A stretch of 64,000 nucleotides of DNA from Macrostomum lignano (taxonomy: Eukaryota). The notes below the pieces were generated by a model. It saw nothing but the letters and a program-made list of their open reading frames with translations. It did not search any database and was not told the origin of the DNA. The translations under genes were made by a program, and so were the position numbers. The DNA lies in assembly GCA_002269645.1 (NCBI GenBank), contig NIVC01004005.1, positions 1,106-65,105 on the forward strand. Reading direction: 5' to 3'. Below are positions 24,599 to 56,700 of this stretch, one piece after another (position 1 is the stretch's first letter; every line of letters begins with the position of its first letter).

Positions 24599-25310
24599 GG
24601 TCTGCAAACGACTGTCATAGGGATTAGCATAGCTATTGCATCAATATTTAAAGGCGGTTTGAAAAGTCAATGAAAATGTATATATAAAGGGCTGCAGAAA
24701 AGTACATGTAGATAAAAGTGCATTTAGAAGAGAGAAGAAATAGCATAGTTGGCATGAATTGCACTGTTTGGTTGAAGGCACTGTATAAATTAAATAGTTA
24801 AAAAGCAGCAGTCAATGAGCTCTGTTCACAGCGTTGGACTATACTCAAAAAGCTGTGTCATAAAAGATTCCAGATTCATGTACACAATTAATATGTACAC
24901 AAGCTTAGATCCGAAAATAAAGAGACAAAATATGGACGGAATTAATCGCATTTATAAAGAAAGATTTATAGGCATTGCTGTGTTGTGTTGAGTCGCTCTG
25001 AGCAGCAGTGTGGGAGAGTTTGCCTGGCTATCGCAATCATTAATAAAATTGTTTTACTTCTTGCTTCAACGATTTACAATTTAAATTCGCGCTAAAAGAA
25101 CATTAAAGTCTCCATGGGTTTCGATTCGAAAGTGCGGCCTCATTAACTAGAGCGTTGTCTCGACTGTCGCTTCGACTTGACTAAAAGTACACAAGTAAGT
25201 ATAGACCTTTTTATCGGTGGCACTTTTAGTACCAGATTTTTTCGCGCGAATTTAAAATCGTTCTCAATCGGTCTGTTTGGCAAGACGGAGAATTGGCTTG
25301 TAGCTTACAA

Positions 25311-25405
25311 ACCCAGGCCAGCATGTACATCCAGGCCAGCATGTACATCCAGGCCAGCATGTACACCCAGGCCAGCATGTACACCCAGGCCAGCATGTAC
25401 ATCCT
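25311..25405. repeat. 18-bp tandem repeat, 5 copies, just past the TOGARAM1 stop
   Basis: Unit cccaggccagcatgtaca. Confidence 0.85.
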
Positions 25406-25417
25406 CCAGGCTTGTTG

Positions 25418-43559
<18,142 letters not shown>

Positions 43560-44928
43560 TCGTCTGGGCGTCCTGGTCGCGGTCGTACCGGGACCCAGTC
43601 CTCCTCGCTGATCAGCAGAGACCAGCTGGCGTCATGTTTGGTGCCGATGATTAATGTAAATTAAATTCCTGTAAGGGAATATTTGAGCGTATGCATCCTC
43701 ACATTTAGTACAAAACAACTAAACAAAGTAAAAAATCAAGTTTAAACGCGTCGGAAGAAAGAATTTATTATAATCTATGTTGATTTTAACTTTTGTATTT
43801 CTCTGCCTGCTAAAGCGTGCTACCTTACCTCAAGTAAACAATAAATCGATTTTTTCGTTTAAGAGAGACTGTCACGTTTAGTCTTATTTTTAAACTTATT
43901 TTATTTTGTAACCTTTTAAAAGCATTTTTCTAAATAACTAGTATGCTATTTTCTAACTATTTTCTAAATAACTAATAGGCACAATGCACAATCAAGTCTT
44001 AAACAGTAATAAATGTTTTACTGTTTTTTACTGTATTTATTCTTTTCAACATCGATTGTTGAAGTTGGAGGTCAATCAGACACTAAAAGTAGCTAATTTA
44101 AATTAAAAGGTGCAAATTTGCAAGTTGGAAATGATTTTTATAACTTTCTAGAACTTGAATGAAAATGTAAATGTCTTCAGCTTCAAAAGCACATATGCAT
44201 AAATAATAATATCGAAAACATTTTCTAACAATCAATAGAATTTTTTTACTTTTTTTACAAATTACGGATAAATTAATGCGTGTGATAGCAAAGAAGGATT
44301 TTTAGTTGGGCATACAAAGCAATTATTCAAGTTTTCTAACAGCCTAGTATATTCTTTTAACTTAATTTCTGAAGCTAAGACAGTTTGGACTAATTATGGG
44401 AAAGAATAATATAACTTATATTATAAAGACGGATAGACAAACCCTAGACAAATATAAAAAATATATCCATTCCTAGTTGTTCACATTTCCTAAAAATCTT
44501 ATATTTTGTTAGATGGTATCGGTCAATAAAAATGATTTCAGAAATAATTGGTTGTATACTAGACTACGACCCACGCTCTCTTCCAACCCCAACTATTTAA
44601 GGATACCTACCATGTGTTTTTTATTTCAGATCGAATATAATTTTAGTGTACGGTTAAGTTGAAAGCTGATTTTTATGTATAAAATTAGAAAATAATTCCA
44701 CGGGAGCGTGTCAAATGTAACACACGAAGTTAGTTTACATAGGAGGTTATTTAAAACAAAATTAAAATGTTACCGGTCAGGTATTTTTTCAATTTAAGTT
44801 TTGCGGTTTATGCCTGTTTTTATTAATTTTCTAGGTTTTTATATTTTTTTCCGTAATGCTTTTTTTACTTTTATGTGTTTTGGTTTGTCACGCTGCTGAC
44901 ACGAAACATCTGACATGTATTATCCGAG

Positions 44929-45608
44929 GACTGCTCAACTAAAAGGACGGAAAACTAAGTTTCTTAGAAAATGTTTAGGAGGCAGGTTTTCGCCGAAAAA
45001 TACACTACGGAGATAGGAAGTTTTCACTTCTTTCAGCACAAAAATTGTTATTGCTTCGATAAGAGGCACCCAATGTTCAGCTTTTGTGCCTTTCTTATAG
45101 CTCTATTCGATATTCATAAAGCTTTTCGTTCAGAATATTAGGATTCTGCTATTTTTTTCTAAGTACATTCCCTGTACTTACAATGGATGGCGCATGCAGC
45201 TCCTCATTGGTTTTATGAATCTATTTTTATCATCTCTGTAACATATGTTTAATTATTACACAGTCAGCTAAGAATGATAAAATAGAATAATAAATACTAA
45301 GAGCCGAGCCCTGCTATTCTAAATTTTTTTAGGCACAGGAGATGTACAATTGTACGTAAAATAAAAAAATACATAACATTCTAATTTTCTGAACGAAAAG
45401 CTTTTTGAATATCGAAAAGAGCCATAAAAAAGGCACAACACATCAAAAGCTGAACATTGCAGTGTTTGCCTCCTATCGAAAGCAATAACGACTTTTGTGC
45501 TGAAAGAAATGAAAAGTTCCTATCTCCGTAGTGTATTTTTCGGCAAAAACCAGCCTCCTAAACATATTCTAAGAAACTTAGTGTTTTCCGTCCTTTAGTT
45601 CAGTAGTC
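44929..45608. mobile_element. About 680-bp palindromic MITE
   Basis: gactgctcaactaaaaggacggaaaac...ttagaaaatgtttaggagg mirrored at 45460-45608; inner arms also pair; no clear TSD. Confidence 0.75.
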
Positions 45609-45678
45609 GTCCTTCGCAATTCTCGCAAATACTCGTACAGAAAATTTCATATCATATCAATATATTGCATATCATGAC

Positions 45679-46383
45679 GAATTACGGTTACTTCGGTGAC
45701 AGTCAGTTCGGTGACAGTCACTTCGGTGACATCCATTTCGGTGACAGGTTACTTCGGTGACAAAATAATGTGTGCATAATTTCACATCTAAACTGAAATA
45801 AATACTCTAGATTAGTCACTCGTAATTTAATGCCTTGCTTAAATAGGTCAGTTTTGAAAAGGAAGTATACTGCTTGTTTAAAGTGAGGTGTTTCTAAGAA
45901 AAAGAACTTAATTTTTAAGATTTCTTTTCAAAGCAAAGTGCAGCTTCTCAGAAACATGCTATTTCGTCGAAAACGTAACTTGTCAAAAGCTTACAAAATA
46001 AATATATAAAATACTGTGACCATGCACATCGGCAAAGCATTTGATGTAAAGGTAAAATTATAAGATTAATTAAGGCTTAGATTTATTTCTTAGAGCATTT
46101 TTTCATGTTTATTTCTTAGAAACCCTTCGCTTAAACAAAAAATTATATTGTACCTCACATATATTTTGTATATTCACTTAGCAGGACATTGAAATACAGT
46201 AATTTCTAAGAAAACTATTTTAACTTAAATTCAAAATCTTTTTTAAATTATTGACCAAAAGGTTTTTTTTCAAAAATGTCCTATTGAACCATTCGCATTG
46301 GCTCGACACACGTTTGTCACCGAAGTAACCTGTCACCGAAACGGCTGTCACCGAACTGACTGTCACCGAAGAAACCAGTTCCC
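45679..46383. mobile_element. 705-bp MITE with subterminal ttcggtgaca repeats (MULE- or hAT-like)
   Basis: 5 x ttcggtgaca on the left and 4 x tgtcaccgaa on the right; TSD atcatgac at 45671-45678 and 46384-46391. Confidence 0.82.
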
Positions 46384-47643
46384 ATCATGACAGCTACATA
46401 TGTAGGAATCGCATGTAAATCACTCAATATCACAACAGTACACGATGAGTATCTGTATACACGACTAGTATATACACGGACATGAACTCAAATATACATA
46501 TAGAATAAACTTTACAACACTTGCACAATGCTGTACATGTACATACATGCAGAGCACGCAGAGCACGCAGAGTGGTTATTTTAGCTCGTAATTTGCATGT
46601 GTAGTTCAGCTGAGTAAATAAACGCGAATATCACGGACCACCGGGCAGTTAGTAGTCCGCTGTAAAAGTTAAAGACGCTACCCATTGAAACAATTTTTTT
46701 CTTTTTTTTCAGAAGCTCACTAAGCGATGAAATTGAAGCATTCAGAAAGCGATGGCATACACACTGTAATTCACGGTGCAATGGAAATGAGCCCCGATCA
46801 TGTACCGAGCTGTATAAGCTACGATGTGCATTTCTGATTGACTAAATCCATAATCGAATTTCAGAACATTTTTAGCAAAAGCGCTACTCTTTCTACTGTT
46901 ATCACACAGATCAGAATAAATTTCATTAGGCAAGGTGATTTATTGGTGCGAAGCATGTAACTACAATAGCATTTGAGTCCATTTTTTATCTAAATGCTTG
47001 CGCAAACAATTAGGATTGTGTTCAGACTTGAAAGTGCTACAAATATATGGGATATAAATATACTTTGTACTGGCATAAAAGTAAGTAAAATGGGAAACAG
47101 GGCAAGGACAAGCAGTTGGAGCAGCAGTTGAAGCAGCTACAGAAGACAACAGCGATGGTGAAGTACGAGCATCAGCGGATGTGAAGCTTCAGCTCGATGG
47201 CAACGAAAAAAAACTGCATTTGATGAGAAGTCAGATTTCTCTGCAGTAAAGCCAGGACAATATCAAATTTTGCTTCTTGTCTACAAATTTTGTCTAGATG
47301 GACTCAACAGTATTTCGCGAGCAATATAGTACTATTATGAATAGTAACATGCACGTCTTTTCATTGAAATTTTTTCGATCGTTGGCAAGGTGTCAAATGG
47401 GTTATAAAGCTTTTGCTATCAGACAATAGTAATGCATAACTCAATTTAGCAATAAACATTAAAATGGGTTCTGCACAATTCAATAAAAGCTGGCGGAGAA
47501 CTTTAATTACGAGTAGACTGCAGTGGCCCGTGTGGTCCTGCCGGCGCTATAACGCCATTGGATTGTTGAAAGTGTTCTGTATTAGAGATTCTTCTTGATT
47601 CACTGACTCGCATAAGATTAGATGGGAATGATCGAGGTGAAGC

Positions 47644-47706
47644 CAGGGACTACTAAATATTTAGTATTATACTTAATACTTAGTACTTAGTATTTAGTAG
47701 TCCCTG
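47644..47706. mobile_element. 63-bp hAT-type mini-MITE
   Basis: TIR cagggactactaaata / tatttagtagtccctg; 8-bp TSD ggtgaagc on both sides; related TIR fragments near 18545 and 21787-21870. Confidence 0.85.
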
Positions 47707-48007
47707 GGTGAAGCGCTTACAAGTTTGAAAACAGAATTCCCACTAAATTCCCGGCCAATTAGATCCAGATGTCCATGGAGATCCAGTCCAGTTAGATCCA
47801 GATGTCCACGGAACTCTAGTCCGAATTCTCAATAGGTCTATGGGATTCTTGGTTAGATAATAGAGCCAGAGGTCCCATGGACGTCCAGTCCAGGTAATCC
47901 CAGCTAGAGGTCCGTGCCTTCTTTATGAAGACAGAGGTAAAAAATTTGGAAGCTCAGGGAGAATGACAGCCGGGAGAAATGAGGAATGAATGAGACAGAT
48001 GAAGGCT

Positions 48008-51000
48008 TCATCGCTTGCCGGTAGCTGAAAGCGACTTTCTTGGCGACCCGGCGGCTCCCAGAGAGGAATCGCGCATCGGCGACTGGCTCGAGCGCAGGTC
48101 GTCGCCGCCGCCGCTGGTTGCTGATCCGGTTCGGCCGCCTGCGACGGCGCCAGCTTTGCGGTTGAACTTGCTGGCCTCCTGCTCGCTGCGCAGCGAGTCC
48201 CACAGGTGGCGCACGTGCTGCTCAAAGGTGCGGCCTCGGATGCGGAAATTGTCGCCGCCTTGGAGCTTCTGGAGCAGCTCTGACACCTGAGAAGAGACCA
48301 GCGGGTGATATCGGATCCTGATTTCCCCAGAGGCTAAATTCATGAATATCGAAAACCATTAGTTTAAAAATCCGTATAACTTCCGAATCACGGTACAAAC
48401 TTTATGAAATCGCTCACCTTCTTCTCAACCTTGGGCAGCTCCTTCTGCAGCTGTTTCCGCTCCTTATCAGTTTTCAACAGCACGCCGCCACGGTTGCTCA
48501 GAATTGCCGGATCCTTCATCCGCTGCTCAACGTCCAGGTAGGCCCGCCAGGTGTCCTGATACAGTCCCACCGCTGCGTACAGTTCGCGATTCTTCTCATA
48601 CGACTCGCGCAGCTCGTCGATTCGTCGCTCTAGAGCCGCGACGCCCTCCTCCGTGTCGTCCAGGTCGCCGCCGATCAGTGTGGCATCCTCGTCGGCTTCG
48701 TCGCCAGTGTCGTCGAGGAAGCAGGTGGCGCGCAGCTCGCTGAGGGACAGTGGAGAGATATTAAAAGTTCTATTCAGCGATATAATTCGCAAGGTGGGGC
48801 TTTCGGCGCTGCCAATCGAGCTGCAAATCAAGGCGAACAACAGGCGACCGAGGAGGCTGGCAGTCATGCTCATTCCGCTGACGCCTGAGCAACGCACATG
48901 GATACTGTACGCAGGCACACGCTCACACAGGGTGTACAGCGGCCCAGACTTTCTCATCGCCAGGCATGTACACTCTCTGTGCCTTGGGGGCTGGCTCTGA
49001 CAAGTCTAGAGATTGTACCTTCACAATATCCATCCACTAACCTGGCCTCTCTCCTCAGATTAGCCAGATAGGCCGTAGCCTGGGACCACTTGAGCTCCTG
49101 GCATTTGTCCGACTCCTCCTGCAGCGCATCCAGAGTGCTCTGCCTGTAGCCAGCGTGCTGCGCCAAGAACGCCTCCTGCTCCTCGTGTGGGATGTCCAGC
49201 CTGGTCCACATCACCCGGATGTGCTGACGCAACTCGTCGCAGGTGCCAACCAGCATCGCTTTGTGCTTCACCAGTCGCAGTCGCAGGGCCTCCAGCTGGC
49301 TCAGCGTGGCGTCGCTCAACGGCAGCCGCGTTGTCTCCTCGCCGGCGAGCACCGCGTCCTCCAGAGCCTGCGCGGCATCGTCCGCGCCAGACCCTGCCGG
49401 GCTGCCGGCGAACTCTATGTCCAGGGCGATTCGTCTGACGTCCTCCGCAAGGCCGGACAGCCGTTTCAGCATGTCGTCGCGACGTCGCTCGAGTTCCGCT
49501 ACTCGAGACTGCAGACGCTCGAGGTCCTGCGTAGGACGTAGGAGTGAAATGAGAATGAAAAATAAAAAGTGTGTAGGACGGTAGGCAATACGTAGGTCTG
49601 TAAGTACTGTATAGGAGAGTTAAACGCTTAATTTGTCCTCATACGTTCACTGTCTTGAAGAGGCAGCAATGGTAGAGCAATAATACGTTCAAAACTCGCA
49701 CCAAAGTTCCGGGGTTCGATTCCAAGGCTTGGAAACATTATTTCACTCTTTAGGTACAATTTCCAAGGCACGGGTGTTAAATTGCATAGCAATCTGTGTG
49801 CCTGTACCCAAAGCTGTTTCGAAACATTCAGGGTGTCATTTACAATGCAGTACCCTGGGAGTGAAGTTACAAGATTATATGCATTACTTAGTTACTTAGC
49901 TAGTTCCCATGGAGGAACTACTGACATTGCAGCAAATCAAGGCGACCCGCAGTTTTGTCCATTCCGCTGAGCAATTAAGCACGAGCACTGATACGTACGC
50001 AGCCCTGACATACTAGTATAGTGTGCTCTGAGGGTTGGCCTACTGTAGCTAACATGTAAATGCATTACATTTCTTCCTAGCGGCCTGAGCACCCATCAGG
50101 GCGAGTGTTTGGTTCTCACCTGCTCGCTCGGGATAGCATCGTCAGCATCAGTCGTCGAATCAACGCCATCGCCATCCGTCGTCGTCGCCTCCGCAGGTTT
50201 CGTCGTCGCCGTCTCGTCCGGCAGTCCGAGCCGTTCGCAGAGGCTTCGCACTTGAGCAGTGAGCTCAGACTGGCGGGCCTGTCTTTCTTTAATATCGGCC
50301 TCAAACTGAGCAATGTGCGCGTCTAAATGCTCGAGCAGGCTGAGAGATGGCAGGCCGCGGGGAGGAAAGTAGGGCGGTAGGCGCAGAGTCTGGCAGATCT
50401 GAGCTGCCCGACGCTTGCGGGCCTCAATTTCCGTGTCGAGCTGCACACGGCGCTGGTTCTCAGCCGAGATGAAGTCGAACATGCGCGCCTGAAGCTGTTC
50501 GGCGAGAGTGTGAAGTCGCTCCGTTCTCTGCTCGTCTGGGTAGCCTGGGTGGCGGATGGTTCCCATGGCAATGAGACGCTGAGGATTTTCTATCGGATAA
50601 GTACAGAAGTGACTCAATCATAAGTTATTTATAGCTTGTAGTAAATAAAGCTAGTACAATTCCTTTGTTCTTGTACAAAGCCGAAAAGATCACTGCCGTC
50701 CGTACACGATGATCTTATAGATCTGGATAGTCTATAGTACGAGTACAGCAAAGCTCCAGACCAATGCAACTCTAGTACAGCAAAGCTACAGACCAATGCA
50801 ACTCTAGTACAGCAAAGCTACAAACCAATGCAACTCTAGTACAGCAAAGCTACAGACCAATGCAACTCTAGTACAGCAAAGCTACAGACCAATGCAACTC
50901 TAGTACAGCAAAGCTACAAACCAATGCAACTCTAGTACAGCAAAGCTACAGACCAATGCAACTCTAGTACAGCAAAGCTACAAACCAATGCAACTCTAGT

Positions 51001-51350
51001 ACAGCAAAGCTACAAACCAATGCAACTCTAGTACAGCAAAGCTACAGACCAATGCAACTCTAGTACAGCAAAGCTACAGACCAATGCAACTCTAGTACAG
51101 CAAAGCTACAAACCAATGCAACTCTAGTACAGCAAAGCTACAGACCAATGCAACTCTAGTACAGCAAAGCTACAAACCAATGCAACTCTAGTACAGCAAA
51201 GCTACAGACCAATGCAACTCTAGTACAGCAAAGCTCCAGATATGAAAGAGATTATTGAACACGCAATGCCTCCTCACCAATATAGTCCCAAATGCTTTCC
51301 AGTTCGCCAAGGCCGGGCTCAATGACATCCAGAATGATTTCCTTTCGCAT
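48008..51350 (-). CDS. PRC1: PRC1/Ase1/MAP65 microtubule cross-linker. Exons: 51278-51350, 50120-50544, 49042-49526, 48418-48739, 48008-48286; the 3' end may continue
   Basis: LESIWDYI|GYPDEQRTER; MWTRLDIPHEEQEAF; YEKNRELY...WRAYL...DPAILSNRGGVLLKTDKERKQLQKELPKVE; FRIRGRTFEQHV...W; GT-AG junctions with consistent phases. Confidence 0.9.
48790..48995 (-). mobile_element. Partial copy of the SINE-like repeat at 63.7-64.0 kb, in PRC1 intron 3
   Basis: caggcacacgctcacacagggtgtacagcggcc...gcatgtacact...tgccttggggg is shared with 63690-63812. Confidence 0.65.
49660..49990 (+). mobile_element. tRNA-derived SINE in PRC1 intron 2
   Basis: A-box-like tggtagagcaa at about 49670 and B box ggttcgattcc at 49713-49723; no cloverleaf; 3' end approximate. 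Confidence 0.55.
50742..51238. repeat. 32-bp minisatellite in PRC1 intron 1
   Basis: Unit agtacagcaaagctacagaccaatgcaactct. Confidence 0.95.
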
Positions 51351-53162
51351 TTCAGCTGATGACTATTCCCGCCCTTCTCTGAGGCAGGTGACGCAGGCTC
51401 GCACAGGCTGGGGCAGGTGGCAGATGAGATTCTCAATGAGTTTAATGTCAATTGGCAAACCGTTGTTGCCACTATAAAAAGTTTGATTTCAGTGAATGAA
51501 TTACCGCAGATAGTGATAAAAGACTGCTATATTTCTTCACTCGTCTACACTGCGCCCGCAAGCCTACCAAGGTCAAGCGTTTCTGTTCGTAAATCTCAAC
51601 TGGCCATTAAAATATGTTCTTGCTCTTTTTTCTAACGCTCTCCTCACGCGGGGGTGTAGCTTCGTGTGTAAATGTATATACAGTACTCTGTCGCAGTGAG
51701 GCACAGAGTATGTTATGTTTGTATTTATCTCGCTGTCAAACCTGCTGTACGCATATCATTTTTGGACTGGCCTGGTCCTTTAAAGGGGTGGTTTTTTGCT
51801 TTTTTTGCTTCGAGTCTCAAACGGCCGCTTTGGGAGTCCCCGCGCGACCGCCCTGTGCAAACTGTGCATTGGCCCAGCATAAGAAATTTCTGAGCTCTCC
51901 TGAGGTCTACAAGGACAGACTAAGGCTGAGACTTGACTGACTTAGAGAGATAGAACTGATGCAAGTGCAGTGCAGATGAGAAACTGCTGCGGTACCCCCC
52001 TATTTGAGAAACGGCGCATTCTAATGCGACACAGCCATATTAGTCAATTACAGAGTGTAAACACGTCTGTACTGTAGATTTTACTCACCTATTTAGAAGC
52101 AATGATTATTAATTTGTTGCTGTCCGCGATCGCCTAGACTGGCTTGACTAACTCTCCCGATTGCGCTGTTGTTGGGGAAATGAGAACCAAAAAATAGGAG
52201 AAACGGGCGGAGAGAGCGGAGCAGGACCTGGGAGAGAGGAGGAACGGCGGGGCTAAGAGAGAGAGAGAGAGAGTGTGTGTGAGTCGCTGCTGCTGCTCTT
52301 CCCCCAGAGTACACTGTCCTGTTCCAGCTAACGGCCAATCCAGCACGAGCCTGCCATGTGTGTACAGTGACTGGTCAATTAGAGGGCTCTGTCCTGCCTG
52401 TTCGCCTCTTCCCAATGCTTGCGCACCCTTCAATACAAAATGCCTCTCCCATAGCTAGCTTCATTTTCCCTATCTTGACACTTCAGTGCGCCGTACTGTG
52501 CCAGCCTGGCCTGGTTTCCTGTCTGTCCATCGCCGCCTCCCCCTCCCCCCCAAGCTCAAGTACGCGTTCGCCTTAACTGACGCGCTCCGTGCATCCTCCA
52601 GAGCGTCTGCTGCACCAGCTGCTTGGAAAATTGGGGAGGGGGGAGGGGGTAATGCGAGGCAAAAAGAGAAAGAAAAGAAACAAGGGAACCTGGATAAGCT
52701 ATTGATAACTCCCCCCCCCTCTTCTAAGAGTCTGCGCAGTTTGGTTAGCCGCAACAGATGCAGGACGCTGCTGCTGTCCCCGCTGTCTGCTGCTTTCATT
52801 CATTCGGAAAGCTGGCCTCCCGTGGTGTCTGTTGCCCATCGCGGAATTCCACAGATCCAAAAAGTGCAGCTTGGGAGATTTCGGAGAGACCTTTTTCCTA
52901 AACGAGACAGAGGGACGCGGGCTTACGTTGCAAACTGCATTGGCGATATAGGAGATTTTCAGTCTTTTAGCACTATATTGACAACCTCGCCTTCTTCTGG
53001 ACTCCCAAATAGCGAATGAAGTGAAATCGTGCGTTTTGTTCGAGGGTTGGTTATAGGAAGTTTTTCAACCAAAAGTTTTTCAACTGCTACCGCTGCTCCT
53101 GACTCTGTTTTTGTGCTTCTGTACTGAATTTCCTTGGCCTAGTTTGTCTGCGGTAAAAGTAT

Positions 53163-53783
53163 GACACTAATTGCTTGTAGGACAGACACTAATTGCTTGT
53201 AGGACAGACACTAATTGCTTGTAGGACAGACACTAATTGCTTGAAGGACAGACACTAATTGCTTGTAGGACAGACACTAATTGCTTGTAGGACAGACACT
53301 AATTGCTTGAAGGACAGACACTAATTGCTTGTAGGACAGACACTAATTGCTTGTAGGACAGACACTAATTGCTTGTAGGACAGACACTAATACCGCTAAA
53401 GCAGACACTAAGTCAGACACTAAGATAGATACTAAGACAGACACTGAGACAGACACGAGGACAGACACTAAGGCAGACACTGAGACAGACACTATGACAG
53501 ACACTAAGACAGACACAGATACTAATAGAGACACTGAGACAGACACTAAGAACTAATAGAGACAGACACTAAGAACTAATAGAGACAGAAACTAAGAACT
53601 AATAGAGACAGAAACTAAGAACTAATAGAGACAGAAACTAAGAACTAATAGAGACAGACACTAAGAACTAATAGAGACAGACACTAAGAACTAATAGAGA
53701 CAGACACTAAGAACTAATAGAGACAGACACTAAGAACTAATAGAGACAGACACTAAGAACTAATAGAGACAGACACTAAGGCG
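53163..53783. repeat. GACA-core satellite, left arm (22-, 12- and 23-bp unit zones)
   Basis: gacagacactaattgcttgtag; gacagacactaa; gacagacactaagaactaataga. Confidence 0.9.
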
Positions 53784-56700
53784 TGTAGTAACTGAGTCAG
53801 AGGCCGTGTTTGCTGTGTAGCCAAACTCTTACAAATCTTGCCGCGCTGGGCACGAGTCTATATATTATGGAGTTAGAATTGGGGTGGCGGCACCCACCCC
53901 ACTCCGCAGCCAATCAGACTGCCCGGGCGTACCATACTGTGCGTACGCACACTACATCTCTCCCCTTTCGAATAGAGACTGAGAGAGAAGAAAATCGATT
54001 TAAACGTAACTCGAAAATACAAAGTTCGAAAGATTCACCGATGATGCGCATTGAAAATGGAGATTAAAATATTAAGGAAATAAAATATTTGAATTGAATG
54101 CAGCAAAAACGTAAAAAAACTTCAGTCCGCATATTACGGAAAAGAAAGTCAGTTAATTTCAGTCATCGCAGGATTTCAAATTCAGTCCTTGTAGATTTTC
54201 ACGCCCGCCCGAGCAGCGCGGGGGTGCGGGCGCAGCGCCACGGGGGAGGCGGGTGGATCTCGGGCCGCCTCGCCCGAAGCTCTCGGTGCAGCGGTCTGCG
54301 TCTGGGCGCCGGCGTCGGCCAAGTCGGGGCTGACGACTTTGACCGCCGTGCAGTGCCGCCAGCAGGTCGTGCCGTCCCGGCGTAGCAGCAGCGAGTTGCC
54401 GGCCACCCGCTGGACTGTCCAGGCACCGCTCTCGAATGGCGTCTGCGTCTTGCTGGCACCGACCCGCCGTCGTAGCACCGAGTCGCCGACCTGGACGTCG
54501 TGCCTCCGTGGTCGCCTTTTTGCGTCCGCGTGCTGCTTCATCGCCGCCTTGGCGCCAGCGTCGGCTTCTCTCAGCCGCTGCTCGTTGATGCGGACTCGCT
54601 GGGACGGCCGGGCGGCGGGGATGATGTCGTTTGGCCGCCGGCCCATCAGCAGTTCGGCTGGTGCGCGCCCGGTGGCCGTATGCGGCGTGTTCCTGTAGGC
54701 CAGCAGCCACTCGTCCAGAGCGGCCCTCCAGTCCCGCCGCTCCTCGATGGCTGCTCGCACGACTTTGTTGATGGAGCGGTTCAGTCGCTCTGTCATGCCG
54801 TTGGCCGCTGGGTAGTAGGGCGTGATGAGGCGGTGCTTGATCCCGTAGCTCGCCAGGAACCGGCCGAACTCCTTGGACGAGAAAGGTGGTCCATTATCTG
54901 TCACGAGCTCCTGTGGGATCCCGAAGCGGGCGAACATCTCTCGCAGGCGGGGAATCAGTGCCTCGGCCGTCGTCGTCTGCATGAGCTGCACCTCCGGAAA
55001 CCTTGAGTAGCGGTCCACGCACACCAGCAGCATGTTGTTGTTGATGGGTCCCACGAAATCGGCGCCGATCGACAGCCAGGCGCCCGCGGGATCGGCGTCG
55101 GCTGCAGAGGCGTGGCCCGGACGGCTGGCGTGTGCGACGTGACGGCGCAGCTGCGGCATCGACTGACGAATTCCTCCGCTTGAGTTGCCATCCTCGGCCA
55201 CCAGACCTTCGTGCAGAGTCTGGCGATCGTCTTCTGCGAGCACTGGTGTCCTTGATGCGCTAATTCGAGCATCTGCTGCCGCAGATCAGCTGGCACGACG
55301 ATTCGGTGGTGTCGAAGGAGGACCCCGTCAACCGCAGACAGCTCCTCTCGCAGCGCGTGGAGCGAGCGCATCTCGGGGTTGGAGCGATCCCACCGACCGC
55401 CTTGCGTCGCCGCTATCGCCGCCCGGATGACTGGGTCGCTGGCAGAGCTCTTGCGTATGTCTTGGAGTGTCAGCGCCATCGGCACAGCCGCCTGCGCCAC
55501 CTCGTTGATGTAGGCCTCCCTCCGCTGCTCGCCAAAACTTCCGTCGTGCTCGCTTAGGGGCTGCCTGCTGAGTACATCTGCAGCATTGGAGGCTCCCGGC
55601 TGGTACTCGACCTTGAACACTAGGTGCTGGATCCTGAGCGCCATTCGCTCGACTCGTGGAGGCGGCCGCGACCCAGGCGCGAACATGGCCGTCAGCGGCT
55701 TGTGATCAGAGACCACTGTGAACTGGGGCGATCCATGCAGGTAGTACTCAAACTTCAGGCAGCCGAACTTCACGGCGAGTGCCTCTTTCTCGGTCTGCGA
55801 ATATCGCCGCTCGACATCGGAGAGGGTCCGGCTGGCGTATGCGACCGGCCTCGAGCTGCCGTCGCGCTGCACCTGCGCCAGGATGGCGCCCAGTCCGGTC
55901 GGCCCCGCGTCCACAATCAGCTGCGTGTGTAGCCGCTTGTCGTAAAAAGCCAGCGTTGTCGGCTCCGCGATGCTGCGCTTCAGCTGCTCAAAGGCGCTGG
56001 CCTGGTCGGCGCCCCATTGCCAGTCGACGGTCTTCCTGGTCAGGCGCCGCAGCGGCTCCGCCACCTTGGCCAGCTGTGGCGTGAACACGGCGAGGTAGTT
56101 CACGAGGCCCAGGAATGAGCGAAGCTGCCCAATCGACTCGGGCTCCTTGAAGTCTTGAACGGCGGCGACCTTGCTCTCCGTGGCCTGGACCCCTTCCGCC
56201 GTGAGCCGCATTCCATGAACTCGATGCTGCTGCGCGCCAGTCGGCATTTCCGAGCGTTCAGCGTGATGCCATGCTGCGCCAGGCGGGCCAGACATGCCTC
56301 GAGGCTGCTGTTGTGCTCCGCCATCGTGCGGCCGAACACGACCACGTCGTCGTGGATCCATTTGACGTTGGGCAGGCCTGCCAGCACTCGACTCATCACA
56401 TTCTGCAGGATCTCCTGGGAGGTGGACAGGCCCATGCACAGCCGGGTGAGACGGCGAAGCCCGCGAGGCGTCGAGAATGTTAGCAGGTTGCGGCATTTCT
56501 CGGCGACAGGCACCTGGTAGAACGCCTTCGCGATGTCCAGCTCTGAGAACACTGTGCTGCCGGCCATGTCCCCGGTCACCTCCTCGAAAGTCGGAATCTG
56601 GTGTCGCTCGCGGATGACAAAGCGGTTGACATCGCGGAGGTCCTGCGTGATGCGCACCTCGCCCGGCTCCTTCTTGGGCACGACGACCATCCGCGCGACC

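Noticed and set aside
52470-52799. ORF starting MKAADSGDSSSVLHLL, reminiscent of an ankyrin repeat
   Set aside because: Only a single partial match followed by low-complexity sequence; no second repeat or splice support.
55085-56215. Programmed ribosomal frameshifting in the Gypsy pol
   Set aside because: The shifts fall inside RT and integrase rather than at the gag/pol boundary, lack a slippery heptamer, and are fixed by one base in a homopolymer.
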